Origin: Tubiluchus corallicola
Lineage: Eukaryota; Animalia; Priapulida
Direction: 5' to 3'
Assembly: GCA_030141605.1 (NCBI GenBank)
Contig: JAQGDQ010001547.1
Span: forward strand, 1 to 35,175
DNA length: 35,175 bases
The notes beneath the pieces are model-generated. The model was not told the DNA's origin and searched no databases. It worked only from the letters and a program-made list of their open reading frames with translations. The position numbers were made by a program, and so were the translations under genes. Positions 1 through 13,568 of the stretch are shown piece after piece; positions within the stretch are counted from its first letter, which is position 1; every line of letters begins with the position of its first letter.

Positions 1-1083
<1,083 letters not shown>

Positions 1084-1586
1084 CAACTGCTGTTGCTGCT
1101 GCATGTTGACGAAATTGTTACATAAATTATAACCTTTCTTTATAAACTCAATACCAAGCGAGAACAAAGACGAGACAAACCTTATTTTTCTGCCACAAAT
1201 TTAACGTCTATATCACACAATGTTCAAACTTTCACCACGCGATACGTTTCACGACCTTTATAAAGTGTCTGTGTTAAAAGCAGCTCGACCAGTTTCGAAG
1301 AATTCGCAGCGTTTCGTGCACTAATATTTTTACCCTCAGGGCGGCAAATGATTTACCGGTACCACCATTTTTCCGTGTCCGTCAACAAGTCAAAAGCCAC
1401 GCAAACGCCTACAAGAATAACGGACAGTAGCTCTCTTGGTCGAAGGATCCGTTTCGACAAAAAATGTATCATTTTGCAACATGTGATTTTGATTTGCATG
1501 TAAATGGTAATGATGATATTCTTGGATTTTTATAATTATAATATTAGCTTAACATTATTGCATTTATATTTTGTTACGATTTTGCA

Positions 1587-2160
1587 TTACATGTTTCAGT
1601 TGGTATCTGCCAGGTGGCAGCAGCAGCTATCAGTTGGTCTGTCACCATATAGTCATTAGTTTAATTATATTAGTCATTGTTTTAATACCCTTAGTAATCA
1701 AGTGGTGGATTTTTTAAATGGTGAAATGTGGAAGTTGTTCTATTTACAGAAGGAAATTTAGATGTTTCAGTTAGTCTCTGCCAGGTGGCAGCAGCAGCTG
1801 TCAGTTGGTCAGTCACCATATAGTGATTAATTTAATTATATTAGTCATTGTTTTAATACCCTCAATAATCATGTGGTGGATTTTTCAAAATGGTGAAATG
1901 TTAAAGTGGAAGTTGTTCTATTTACACAAGGAGGTTTACATGTTTCAGTTAGTCTCTGGCAGGTGGCAGCAGCAGCTATCAGTTGGTCTATCACCATATA
2001 GTCATTAGTTTAATTGTAATAGTCATTGTTTTAAGACCCTCAGTAATCATGTGGTAGATTTTCAAAATGGTGAAATGTTAAAGTGGAAGTTGTTCTATTT
2101 ACAGAAGGAAATTTGAGTTGGTCTCTGCCAGATGGCAGCAGCTATCAATTGGTCTGTCAT
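1587..2160. repeat. Tandem repeat, ~171-178 bp unit, ~3.3 copies
   Basis: TTA(C/G)ATGTTTCAGTT recurs at ~1587, 1758, 1936; each unit has CTG(C/G)CAGRTGGCAGCAG. Confidence 0.92.
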
Positions 2161-2315
2161 TTCAGAAACTTCCTTACATGTCACACTTGAAGCTAAAGGT
2201 TTGACGTGAAAATGAGCTGGTAAGATGAAACATAATTGTGAATAATGCGGAAAATAAAGAAAAAATTTTGACATGGAAATGACATAACAACAGTTTAAGA
2301 CTTGCAGATATTTAA

Positions 2316-4930
2316 GATACAGCTAATTTTGATACAGCCAATTTTGATACAGCTAAGATACAGCTAATCTTGATACGGCTAAGATACAGCTAATTTTGAT
2401 ACGGCTAAGATACAGCTAATTTTGATACTGCTAAGATACAGCTAATTTTGATACGACTAAGATACAGCCAATTTTGATACAGCTAAGACACAGCTAATCT
2501 TGATACGGCTAAGATACAGCTAATTTTCATACGGCTAAGATACTGCTAATCTTGATACGGCTAAGATACAGCTAATTTTGATGCAGCTAAGATACAGCTA
2601 ATTTTGATACAGCTAAGATACAGCTAATCTTGATACTGCTAAGATACAGCTAATCTTGATACTGCTAAGATACAGCTAATCTTTATACTGCTAAGATACA
2701 GCTAATCTTTATACTGCTAAGATACAGCTAATTTTAATACTGCTAAGATACAGCTAATTTTGATGCAGCTAAGATACAGTTAATTTTGATGCGGCTAAGA
2801 TACAGCTAATTCTGATACGGCTAAGATACAGCTAATTTTGCTACTGCTAAGATACAGCTAATTTTGATACTGCTAAGATACAGCTAATTTTGATACTGCT
2901 AAGATACAGATAATTTTGATACTGCTAAGATACAACTAATTTTGATACGGCCAAGGTACAGCTAATCTTGCTACTGCTGAGATACAGCTAATTTTGATAC
3001 AGCTAAGATACAGCTAATTTTGATACGGCTAAGATACAGCTAATTTTGCTACTGCTAAGATACAGCTAATTTTGATACTGCTAAGATACAGCTAATTTTG
3101 ATACAGCTAAGATACAGCTAATCTTTATACTGCTAAGATACAGCTAATTTTGATACTGCAAAGATACAGCTAATTTTGATGCAGCTAAGATACAGCTAAT
3201 TTTGATGCGGCTAAGATACAGCTAGATCTGATACGGCTAAGATACAGCTAATTTTGCTACTGCTAAGATACAGCTAATTTTGATACTGCTAAGATACAGC
3301 TAATTTTTATACTGCTAAGATATAGCTAATTTTTATACTGCTAAGATACAGTTAATCTTGATACTGCTAAGATACAGCTAATTTTGATACTGCTAAGATA
3401 CAGCTAATTTTGATACTGCTAAGATACAGCTAATTTTGATACAGCTAAGATACAGCTAATCTTGATACAGCTAAGATACAGCTAGTCTTGATACTGCTAA
3501 GATACAGATAATTTTGATACTGCTAAGATACAGCTAATTTTGATACAGCTAAGATACAGCTAATCTTGATACTGCTAAGATACAGCTAATCTTGATACAG
3601 CTAAGATACAGCTAATCTTGATACTGCTAAGATACAGCTAATTTTGATACGGCCAAGGTACAGCTAATCTTGATACAGCTAAGAAACAGCTAATCTTGAT
3701 ACTGCTACGATACTACTAATCTTGCTACTGCTAACATACAGCTAATTTTGATACTGCTAAGATACAGCTAATTTTGATACTGCTGAGATACAGCTAATGT
3801 TGATACAGCTAAGATACAGCTAATTTTGATACTGCTAAGATACAGCTAATCTTTATACTGCTAAGATACAGCTAATCTTTATACTGCTAAGATACAGCTA
3901 ATTTTGATACAGCTAAGATACAGCTAATCTTGATACTGCTAAGATACAGCTAATCTTGATACTGCTAAGATACAGCTAATCTTGATACAGCTAAGATACA
4001 GCTAATTTTGACACGGCTAAGATACAGCTAACTTTGATACGGCTAAGATACAGCTAATTTTTATACTGCTAAAATACAGCTAATCTTGATACTGCTAAGA
4101 TACAGCTAATTGTGATGCAGCTAAGATACAGCTAATTTTGATACAGCTAATCTTGATACTGCTAAGATACAGCTAATCTTGATACTGCTAAGATACAGCT
4201 AATCTTTATACTGCTAAGATACAGCTAATCTTGATACGGCTAAGATACAGCTAACCTTGATACAGCTAAGATACAGCTAATCTTGATACTGCTAAGATAC
4301 AGCTAATCTTTATACTGCTAAGATACAGCTAATTTTGATACTGCTAAGATACAGCTAATCTTGATACTGCTAAGATACAGCTAATCTTTATACTGCTAAG
4401 ATACAGCTAATTTTGATACTGCTAAGATACAGCTAATTTTGATGCAGCTAAGATACAGCTAATTTTGATGCGGCTAAGATACAGCTAATTCTGATACGGC
4501 TAAGATACAGCTAATTTTGCTACTGCTAAGATACAGCTAATCTTTATACTGCTAAGATACAGCTAATTTTGATACTGCTAGGATACATCTAATTTTGATA
4601 CGGCCAAGGTACAGCTAATCTTTATACTGCTAAGATACAGCTAATCTTTATACTGCTAAGATACAGCTAATTTTGATACAGCTAAGATACAGCTAATCTT
4701 GATACTGCTAAGATACAGCTAATCTTGATACTGCTAAGATACAGCTAATCTTGATACTGCTAAGATACAGCTAATCTTGATACAGCTAAGATACAGCTAA
4801 TCTTGATACTGCTAAGATACAGCTAATTTTGATACTGCTAAGATACAGCTAATTTTGATACAGCTAAGGTACAGCTAATTTTGATACAGCTAAGATACAG
4901 CTAATTTTGATACAGCTAAGATACAGCTCA
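2316..4930. repeat. 26-bp minisatellite (GATACAGCTAA-TTTT-GATAC[A/T/G]GCTAA), ~100 copies
   Basis: Directly visible; the unit is itself a dimer of an 11-bp GATACAGCTAA core. Confidence 0.97.
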
Positions 4931-5587
4931 TCCGGCTCTACATATTTATCTCGACAGGCTCTTTGTCTCTCTATTAGAGTCTCTCTCCCTAAAAACTGCA
5001 AGGGGACATTTGTAAAGCCACAGGAAGAAAATCGAAATTGAAACCTTTTTTATAGCATTTTAACTTTATTAACGAACCCGCAGAAATGCTAGATGTTTCA
5101 CTATGCAAAAGTTCATTTGTATTACATCTTGCCAAACTTGGACTACGTATATAATAATGTCATTGGATCACTTGATACAGCGCAACATTTTTTAGCCATG
5201 AACATCATCTGTTTGATCAAAGTTCTACGTGAACTTTGCAAAAAGTGTTGATAAACTAATCAGCTTTTATGCCAATGTTTACATTATTATTAGACAAGAC
5301 CTTGCGTGCACGTGAACGTGTGTTGCGCGCGCAGCCATTAAAGCTACTGTTGTTAAAGTTGTTTGTGCTACTGTATCTGGTTGTGCTACACATTGTTACT
5401 GAGAGTTCGCTCTACTGTGTTTCAGTTTGTGAAATGTTACAAATGTACAAAGGTAACAAACAAACGAACAAACAAACTAGCTCAGCGTTTCGTGGAAAAT
5501 GAGAATAAAAACAAACAGAGCAGTAGAAAATTCAAAATACTAATAGATTTTAGGAGACAGTCAGTTTAAACAGTGTTAATCGTTACC

Positions 5588-5674
5588 ATGGCAGCCGCGT
5601 CCGTCATTGTTCTCAGCGAGATTGTCGTTGAAGTTGGGAAGAAAATATCGAGCATAATCGACTCCTCCAAGCGG
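5588..5674 (+). CDS. MLKL-NTD-like/ankyrin protein, coding exon 1 of 7; model join(5588-5674,8447-8594,9196-9268,9855-9951,11403-11505,13177-13568,15312-15380), 322 aa
   Basis: ACCATGG Kozak context; MAAASVIVLSEIVVEVGKKISSIIDSSKR; donor CGG|GTAATT phase 0; all six introns GT-AG with compatible phases, total 969 nt = 323 codons without internal stop. Confidence 0.82.
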
Positions 5675-6055
5675 GTAATTTTTCCACTTATTTAAATTGT
5701 TTTTATATTTATAATCATAAATCTGATTTATTCTCCTTTTGCAGAAGTACAATGCATTACTTTACGCATAAATACACTTCATAATGTGTGAAATATGTCT
5801 ACAGTTATTTACATATATACAATAGTGTGCATAGAAGTTATCAATCAGTATTCTCTAATGCATCGCTGCACCTGTAAAATAAATAAATATGAATTATAAT
5901 AATATTATAATATTGTATTTAAAATTTAAAACCAAATTAATGATGTAAATTGTACGATGCTAGGATTAAATTTGTAAAAACTGTAAATGTGAATAAACTA
6001 CTGCAATTATTATCATCAGTTTTCCATTAGACTTAAACAATGTTTGCTCAATTGT

Positions 6056-7543
6056 GTATCATGTCATTATAGTAGTATCGTATCATTATATCATGTCATT
6101 ATAGTAGTTTCGTATCATTATATCATGTCATTATAATAGTTTCCTATCATTATATCATGTCATTATAGTAGTTTAGTATCATTATATCATGTCATTATAG
6201 TAGTTTCATATCATTATATCATGTCATTATAGTAGTTTTGTATCATTATATCATGTCATTATAGTAGTTTCATATCATTATATCATGTCATTATAATAGT
6301 TTCCTATCATTATATCATGTCATTATAGTAGTTTCGTATCATTATATCATGTCATTATAGTAGTTTCGTATCATTATATCATGTCATTATAGTAGTTTCG
6401 TATCATTTTATCATGTCATTATAGTAGTTTCGTATCATTATATCATGTCATTATAGTAGTTTCGTATCATTATATCATGTCATTATAGTAGTTTCATATC
6501 ATTATATCATGTCATTATAGTAGTTTCGTATCATTATATCATGTCATTATAGTAGTTTCGTATCATTATATCATGTCATTATAGTAGTTTCGTATCATTA
6601 TATCATGTCATTATAGTAGTTTCGTATCATTATATCATGTCATTATAGTAGTTTCGTATCTTTATATCATGTCATTATAGTAGTTTCATATCGTTATATT
6701 ATGTCATTATAGTAGTTTCGTATCTTTATATCATGTCATTATAGTAGTTTCGTATCATTATATCATGTCATTATAGTAGTTTCGTATCTTTATATCATGT
6801 CATTATAGTAGTTTCGTATCGTTATATTATGTCATTATAGTAGTTTCGTATCTTTATATCATGTCATTATAGTAGTTTCGTATCTTTATATCATGTCATT
6901 ATAGTAGTTTCGTATCATTATATCATGTCATTATAATAGTTTCCTATCATTATATCATGTCATTATAGTAGTTTAGTATCATTATATCATGTCATTATAG
7001 TAGTTTCGTATCATTATATCATGTCATTATAGTAGTTTCGTATCTTTATATCATGTCATTATAGTAGTTTCATATCGTTATATTATGTCATTATAGTAGT
7101 TTCGTATCTTTATATCATGTCATTATAGTAGTTTTGTATCATTATATCATGTCATTATAGTAGTTTCGTATCATTTTATCATGTCATTATAGTAGTTTCG
7201 TATCATTATATCATGTCATTATAGTAGTTTCGTATCATTATATCATGTCATTATAGTAGTTTCATATCATTATATCATGTCATTATAGTAGTTTCGTATC
7301 ATTATATCATGTCATTATAGTAGTTTCGTATCATTATATCATGTCATTATAGTAGTTTCGTATCTTTATATCATGTCATTATAGTAGTTTCGTATCGTTA
7401 TATTATGTCATTATAGTAGTTTCGTATCTTTATATCATGTCATTATAGTAGTTTCGTATCATTATATCATGTCATTATAGTAATTTCATATCATTATATC
7501 ATGTCATTATAGTAGCTTCATATCATTGTATCATGTCATTATA
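6056..7543. repeat. 32-bp minisatellite (TCATTATATCATGTCATTATAGTAGTTTCGTA), ~46 copies, intron 1
   Basis: Directly visible 32-bp period. Confidence 0.97.
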
Positions 7544-7564
7544 AACTAGTTCCTGTATGTAATT

Positions 7565-7657
7565 GAAGTACTGAATTATTCAAATCTACAGTTTAGGTTC
7601 GAATCGAATTCGAACTAAAAGACTCGTTCGAATCGAAGTCGAACGTTCGATGTTCGA
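7565..7657 (+). mobile_element. Fragment of TTCGAA-rich MITE family (related to 21641-22044)
   Basis: GTTCGAATCGAATTCGAACTAAAAGACTCGTTCGAATCGAAGTCGAACGTTCGATG closely matches 21978-22035. Confidence 0.65.
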
Positions 7658-8099
7658 TAGTCTAGAGGTCGTGGAGGACTTGTATTTCCAAACAGTGCCT
7701 AGGTCAAGTCAAGACCATGTTCTCCCCAAGCTTAGTTTCAAAACTTTAACAACAATGCGGGTCACTAGATCGTAACATAAAAAAAATTAATATGATTTTG
7801 GCAGGAACACTAAAACATGATTGTAATGTTTGGGCCCGTGTATATATATATATGAGATAACACTTAAGTAAGATTAAAGTAATTGTGAGAGACTACTACT
7901 TCATGATGCCCAAAGTCAAAAAATTCATGTTTGAGTTGCTTTATTACGTTTTATCTGTAAAAAATCATAACAAAATCTAACAAACTAATTTGAGCCAAAA
8001 GGAAAACAAAGAAATTAATAATAAAGTCAGACCGAACAATCAAAATAAACTTACATCATGGCTCTACTACTCTTGACAAATAAATGGTTTAACTGAGAC

Positions 8100-8130
<31 letters not shown>

Positions 8131-8446
8131 TCTCTTAGCCAAAAACAGACTGCCAACTAACCAGGTAAACTAGCTCTGTCAGTAGAGCATGACAGAAAGA
8201 AGCCAAGTCAAGACATACATACATGAATTGCAGTTAAAGGACAGTATAGGGAGGTTTACAGAATGAGAGAACACTGAAGTAATAAAATAACCTAAAATCC
8301 TTCACAGTAATTATTTAATCCAAAATTTAGTTTTGCAAATGGAGGCTACGACATTATCATTTAGACACGCAATGACGATCAACTTTTAATTCAATTCAAC
8401 TATGATTTGTTACTTATCATTACAATGATCAATGTCATTGTTTTAG

Positions 8447-8594
8447 GTCAAAGCATACAACAGTTGTTGCGAATCGATGGCTTCCAGTGCCGAGTCCATG
8501 AAACCTGTAATAGACAGACTACACGCATGCGCAGGCGAACACGACCAAGCGGTGTTTCTTCCAGCTCTGGAAAACTATTTAAAAGTGCTGGCAG
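8447..8594 (+). CDS. MLKL-NTD-like protein, exon 2
   Basis: TTTTAG|GTC acceptor; VKAYNSCCESMASSAESMKPVIDRLHACAGEHDQAVFLPALENYLKVLA; donor GCA G|GTAGG phase 1. Confidence 0.85.
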
Positions 8595-8635
8595 GTAGGA
8601 AGCTGTTATAGCAAAATTAGTTTTTCCTCAAATTC

Positions 8636-9097
8636 ATCAGCTGGGTTCAGCTTGCTTACAAGTGGGCTGTTTTCTTGAAGCATAATGTACCTACGCAAAG
8701 CAAAAGATTTGTTGACTTGTGGCGCCATCTGAAGGTTGATCAGACAAACATTAATTGACGTGGTCGCTTATTAGCAGAAAAGAGAAGGAAAAATTTATCA
8801 GCTGGGCTCAGCTTGCTTACAAGTGGGCTGTTTTGAAATGATTCTCGAAGCATAATGTGCCTACGCAGAGGGAAAGTTTGTTGACTTGTGGCGCCATCTG
8901 AAGGTTTATCAGACAAATATTAATTGACGTGGCCGCTTATTAGCAGAAAAGAGAAGGAAAAATTTATCAGCTGGGCTCAGCTTGCTTACAAGTGGGCTGT
9001 TTTGAAATGATTCTTGAAGCATAATGTACCTGCGCAGAGCGAAAGATTTGTTGACTTGTGGCGCCATCTTAAGGTTGATCAGGCAAATATTAATTGA
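8636..9097. repeat. Tandem repeat, ~161-169 bp unit, ~3 copies, intron 2
   Basis: ATCAGCTGGG..CAGCTTGCTTACAAGTGGGCTG recurs at 8636, 8797, 8966. Confidence 0.93.
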
Positions 9098-9195
9098 ATT
9101 TAATTAATAAATCATCTTTGTTTCTCCTACTCTTAGGTTTCAGTACATTTCTTTTCGATAAATTTGATTACCTGATAATTTGCTTTTTTAAACAG

Positions 9196-9268
9196 AAATC
9201 GAAAATTACGTGAACAAAATTCAGGATTATCATACCATCAGAAAAGCCACGAAAATATCAGAAATTGA
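9196..9268 (+). CDS. MLKL-NTD-like protein, exon 3
   Basis: TTTTTTAAACAG| acceptor; (E)IENYVNKIQDYHTIRKATKISEI; donor GA|GTAAGT phase 2. Confidence 0.85.
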
Positions 9269-9287
9269 GTAAGTTATAATTAGCATT

Positions 9288-9288
9288 T

Positions 9289-9377
<89 letters not shown>

Positions 9378-9740
9378 CTCATCTCGTATCTCTCTCCCCT
9401 CTCTCTCTCTCTCATCATCTCATCTCGTATCTCTCTCTCCCTCTCCCATTTTCCTCTCTCGCTCTCTCTCTCTCCCCCCTCTCTCTTCCATTTTCCTCTC
9501 TCTCTCTCCCCGCTCTCTCTCTCTCTCTCCCTCTCCCCCTCTCTCCCTCCCTCTTGCTCTCTCTCTCTCTCTCTCTCTCCCTCTCTCTTGCTCTTTCTCT
9601 CACTCTCTCTCCTGTTCTCTCTCTCTCTCTCTCTCCTGTTCTCTCTCTCCCTCTGTCGCTCTCTCTCTCTCCCTCTCTCCTCCTCTCTCTCTCTCTTCCC
9701 CCCTCTCTCTCTTCCTCTCCCATTTTCCTCTCTCTCTCTC

Positions 9741-9771
<31 letters not shown>

Positions 9772-9781
9772 CCCTCTCCCC
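9288..9781. repeat. (CT)n-rich polypyrimidine microsatellite
   Basis: Directly visible; source of the LS/ER-repeat ORFs. Confidence 0.97.
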
Positions 9782-9854
9782 CGACTTTTACCTGTTATTT
9801 CACTGTTACCGTTGTATTACATACACAGCTTTTGAAATCTATAATATTTTTCAG

Positions 9855-9951
9855 AAATAAAATAAATCAACTACACGACAAGCTAAACCAAGCCATAATG
9901 GTGCTGTGCACAGCTGTGAATTCTGCTAGAATTACAACACCACCAATGCAC
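9855..9951 (+). CDS. MLKL-NTD-like protein, exon 4
   Basis: TTTTTCAG| acceptor; (E)NKINQLHDKLNQAIMVLCTAVNSARITTPPMH; donor CAC|GTAAGT phase 0; bridges phase 2 to phase 0 exactly as exons 3 and 5 require. Confidence 0.85.
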
Positions 9952-9987
9952 GTAAGTAAACCTAGCAGAGGGGACATTTAATTACAT

Positions 9988-10860
9988 TACTTAAACTGTT
10001 TGTGGTGTGCTAAAGGAAAGAACAAGTCACTCAGCATGTTGGGTTTATTTTACTATTATCACTTAAACTGTTTGTGGTGTGCTAAAGGAAAGAACAAGTC
10101 ACTCAGCATGTTGGGTTTATTTTACTGTTATCACTTAAACTGTTTGTGGTGTGCTAAAGGAAAAAACAAGTCACTCAGTAGGTTGGGTTAATTTTACTGT
10201 TATCACTTAAACTGTTTGTGGTGTGCTAAAGGAAAGAACAAGTCACTCAGCATGTTGGGTTTATTTTACTGTTATCACTTAAACTGTTTGTGGTGTGCTA
10301 AAGGAAAGAACAAGTCACTCAGCATGTTGGGTTTATTTTACTGTTATCACTTAAACTGTTTGTGGTGTGCTAAAGGAAAGAACAAGTCACTCAGCATGTT
10401 GGGTTTATTTTACTGTTATCACTTAAACTGTTTGTGGTGTGCTAAAGGAAAGAACAAGTCACTCAGCATGTTGGGTTTATTTTACTGTTATCACTTAAAC
10501 TGTTTGTGGTGTGCTAAAGGAAAGAACAAGTCACTCAGTATGTTGGGTTTATTTTACTGTTATCACTTAAACTGTTTGTGGTGTGCTAAAGGAAAGAACA
10601 AGTCACTCAGCATGTTGGGTTTATTTTACTGTTATCACTTAAACTGTTTGTGGTGTGCTAAAGGAAAGAACAAGTCAGTCAGCACGTTGGGTTTATTTTA
10701 CTGTTATTACTTAAACTGTTTGTGGTGTGCTAAAGGAAAGAACAAGTCACTCAGCATGTTGGGTTTATTTTACTGTTATCACTTAAACTGTTTGTGGTGT
10801 GCTAAAGGAAAGAACAAGTCAGTCAGCACGTTGGGTTTATTTTACTGTTATCACTTAAAC
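9988..10860. repeat. 72-bp minisatellite, ~12 copies, intron 4
   Basis: Unit ACTTAAACTGTTTGTGGTGTGCTAAAGGAAAGAACAAGTCACTCAGCATGTTGGGTTTATTTTACTGTTATC. Confidence 0.97.
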
Positions 10861-11402
10861 TTAGAAAAATATAACAAAGAAATTTGCAAAGAAACTGCTT
10901 ATAAAGCATAAGTATAAAATATACTACCTCTCAATATATATATATATATATATATGTATATAGATAGGTATATATATTGTACTGTTATTTTATTTATTTA
11001 TGTATTATGTATATTATGTATATTTATGTATTTATGTATATATGCCTCTGTATATATATACATATATACACAATAACACATACTTTCAACCTGAATCGTT
11101 ACCCATAATTCCTACCTAATACTTTCCTTCATTGGTCTTCATTAGGTCTGTTTTAAAATAACGTTTGAAGCTACTGATCAATGGTTATCAAATCCCGCAT
11201 CGAGTACCTGACAAATATTGTGCACTGAAGAAGCTGATGAATAGTACCATAGTTTCGTTTGAACCCAGAGTTTCTAAATGTTATAAATAATTATCCACAA
11301 TAGGGTAATTAAACAGATATTTATTTATAAACGATTCTTTCCAAGATCTTGTATTTCTCGTATTTGGATGTTTAAGATGTGACATGTTTTAAATGCTTTC
11401 AG

Positions 11403-11505
11403 GAAAAGATTGCCAGTGAAAGAATGAAGTTTCAACATTCTATTGTTAATGATCGAACAAGGATTGAGAATGAACTAAATGAAGAAATGGATCAGCTAGA
11501 AAAAG
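11403..11505 (+). CDS. MLKL-NTD-like protein, exon 5 (brace/coiled-coil-like helix)
   Basis: TGCTTTCAG| acceptor; EKIASERMKFQHSIVNDRTRIENELNEEMDQLEK; donor AAA G|GTGAG phase 1. Confidence 0.8.
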
Positions 11506-12120
11506 GTGAGAAAAAAACATGTTTGAATTACTAGAAAAAGGTGAGAAACAATCAGTTGGATCAGCTAGAAAAAGGTGAGAAAAATAATGAGTTGGATAAG
11601 CTAGAAAAAGGTGAGAAAAACAATAAGTTGGAACAGCTAGAAAAAGGTGAGAAACAATAAGTTCGATCAGCTATAAAAAGGTGAGAAAAACAATAAGTTG
11701 GAATAACTAGAAAAAGGTGAGAAACAATAAGTTCGATCAGCTATAAAAAGGTGAGAAAAACAATAAGTTGGAATAACTAGAAAAAGGTGAGAAAAACAAT
11801 AAGTTGGAATAACTAGAAAAAGGTGAGAAAAACAATAAGTTGGAACAGCTAGAAAAAGGTGAGAAAAAACAATAAGTTGGAACAGCTAGAAAAAGGTGAG
11901 AAAAAACAATAAGTTGGAATAACTAGAAAAAGGTGAGAAAAACAATAAGTTGGAACAGCTAGAAAAAAGTGAGAAAAACAATAAGTTGGAATAACTAGAA
12001 AAAGGTGAGAAAAACAATAAGTTGGAACAGCTAGAAAAAGGTGAGAAAAAACAATAAGTCGGATCAGCTAGAAAAAGGCAAGAAAAACAATAAGTCGGAT
12101 CAGCTAGAAAAACAATAAGT
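11488..12120 (+). repeat. ~36-38 bp minisatellite, ~17 copies, reiterating the exon-5 end and splice donor
   Basis: Unit CTAGAAAAAGGTGAGAAAAACAATAAGTTGGA(A/T)(C/T)A(G/A). Confidence 0.95.
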
Positions 12121-12486
12121 ACTTTGACGGACTTTTCCTGACCCACATGCATATACAGACCATTCAGTAAAATAGAACTGTTTGTAGCTGCTTGTGGTGG
12201 TCTGTGAATTCGTACGAGCCAAGGTGCGTGAACAGCCAAGAAGGCACGCAAAACCATAAAGTCTTGACTTACGAAACCAAAATTATTCACAAATATTCAG
12301 GTCATACTAAACGTTTCAGGTAGAAGATGGCGTAAAACGATCAAGACTCAGGCTCTCTTTGTCCTGAACTGCAGGGGGGTGGCTGTTTTTGGTAAACCTA
12401 CGGATGCGCAGTAGATCTTTGCGCATAGACAAAACTGTGTCGCCCATATTGCGTATCATCTTAACAAGTTCTGAATAACAACTATA

Positions 12487-13045
12487 TCAATTTTCAAACG
12501 TCTATGATATCAAGGACCAAAAGTCTGGAATGAGATTTGTCAATCCGCAAAAAATAGCAGATCTATTACTAGATTTAAAAAAATGCTAAAAAATCAAATT
12601 TTAACTAAATATCAGTGAGTAATCAAAACTTCTATCAGTATCCATCCTCACAGTAGTTGCAAAACGGTGGTGTTAGCTTAATCAAGTTATCTTAATTTTA
12701 CATACTATTAACAAATAATAGTCTTTCTATCTTTTATATCATCTCATATATGACCTTCATTCATTACACCATTCAATTTTAAGCACTAAATTTTGATCAT
12801 ACGATTCACTTTAAAAGTTCAGATTATTTCCATTACTTTTTTTCTATCACTGTGTGGGACAATCTAACAAGCCCTGCTTTTTGATTGCCCGCAACACATT
12901 TACCTTCGTATATAGGTGAACAGTGTTTGAGGCTTTTCCTGTGCAGTATTTCTTATTTGTATTACGTTCATTGTAGGCCCTTTCACTAGATATTGTACAT
13001 GAAACTATTGTAAATGTGTAATGTGAAATAAATGACTTACCTACT
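12487..13045 (+). mobile_element. 3' end of a CR1/L2-group (Crack/Daphne-like) LINE: ORF2 tail plus 3' UTR
   Basis: Translates YQGPKVWNEICQSAKNSRSITRFKKMLKNQILTKYQ* (typical GPKxWN...FKKxLK LINE C-terminus); stem-loop-like segment around ACAAGCC at ~12850-12895; AATAAA plus short repeat tail. Confidence 0.75.
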
Positions 13046-13176
13046 AACGTCAATCATGTTTCTCCGAGTTACTTACTAAAACAATACTAATTATGAACTA
13101 ATTAGACAATAGCTATCGAATTCTTACATTTTTCCACAGACTAAAATAGCAGAGGCTTAATTTCTCTTCACGGCAG

Positions 13177-13568
13177 GTATCGGGACTCTTCCAGAGACGC
13201 AACAAAAGCAAAAATCCAGACTGTTGAAGAAGCTGAAGGCTCTGAGAGTTTCTACTATGCAAAGGATCAAGCCTCCCACCTCACGATATCAACTCCTATC
13301 CCTAGGTCAAGATGTCACTGATACCGGAAACACGAAATATAATGATGTGTCTCACTCCGCAAAAGTGACAATATCAACCAATGATGATGGTGACGATGAC
13401 GGCGAAGATCATGATGATAATGAGAATGACGATGAGAATCTGTACTCGCTGTATGCTCAATGTATAGAGAGTGGGCTGCTGCATGTTGCTATGGAAACGG
13501 GTGCTACGGGGCTGGCGAAAATACTTGCAGATGTGGCGAAGTCAGAAGAAGATCTCTGCCTAGAACGG
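13177..13568 (+). CDS. MLKL-NTD-like protein, exon 6 (basic helix, acidic linker, first ankyrin-like repeat)
   Basis: TTTCTCTTCACGGCAG| acceptor phase 1; in frame with ORF 13224; D/E-rich tract then GLLHVAMETGATGLAKILAD; donor CGG|GTAAGT phase 0. Confidence 0.85.

Noticed and set aside
1320-1460. Possible minus-strand micro first exon (ATG GTG GTA CCG|GTAAAT) and palindrome GTCGAAGGATCCGTTTCGAC
   Set aside because: No downstream exon in the window to support it; the palindrome is isolated and may be a transposon relic
2316-7543. CRISPR-like appearance of 26-bp and 32-bp arrays
   Set aside because: Head-to-tail repeats without unique spacers, no cas genes, eukaryotic context
10000-10911. 231-aa Cys-rich 24-aa repeat ORF
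   Set aside because: 72-bp intronic minisatellite, open only because the unit is a multiple of 3; frameshifted near 10190; no ATG context or splice support
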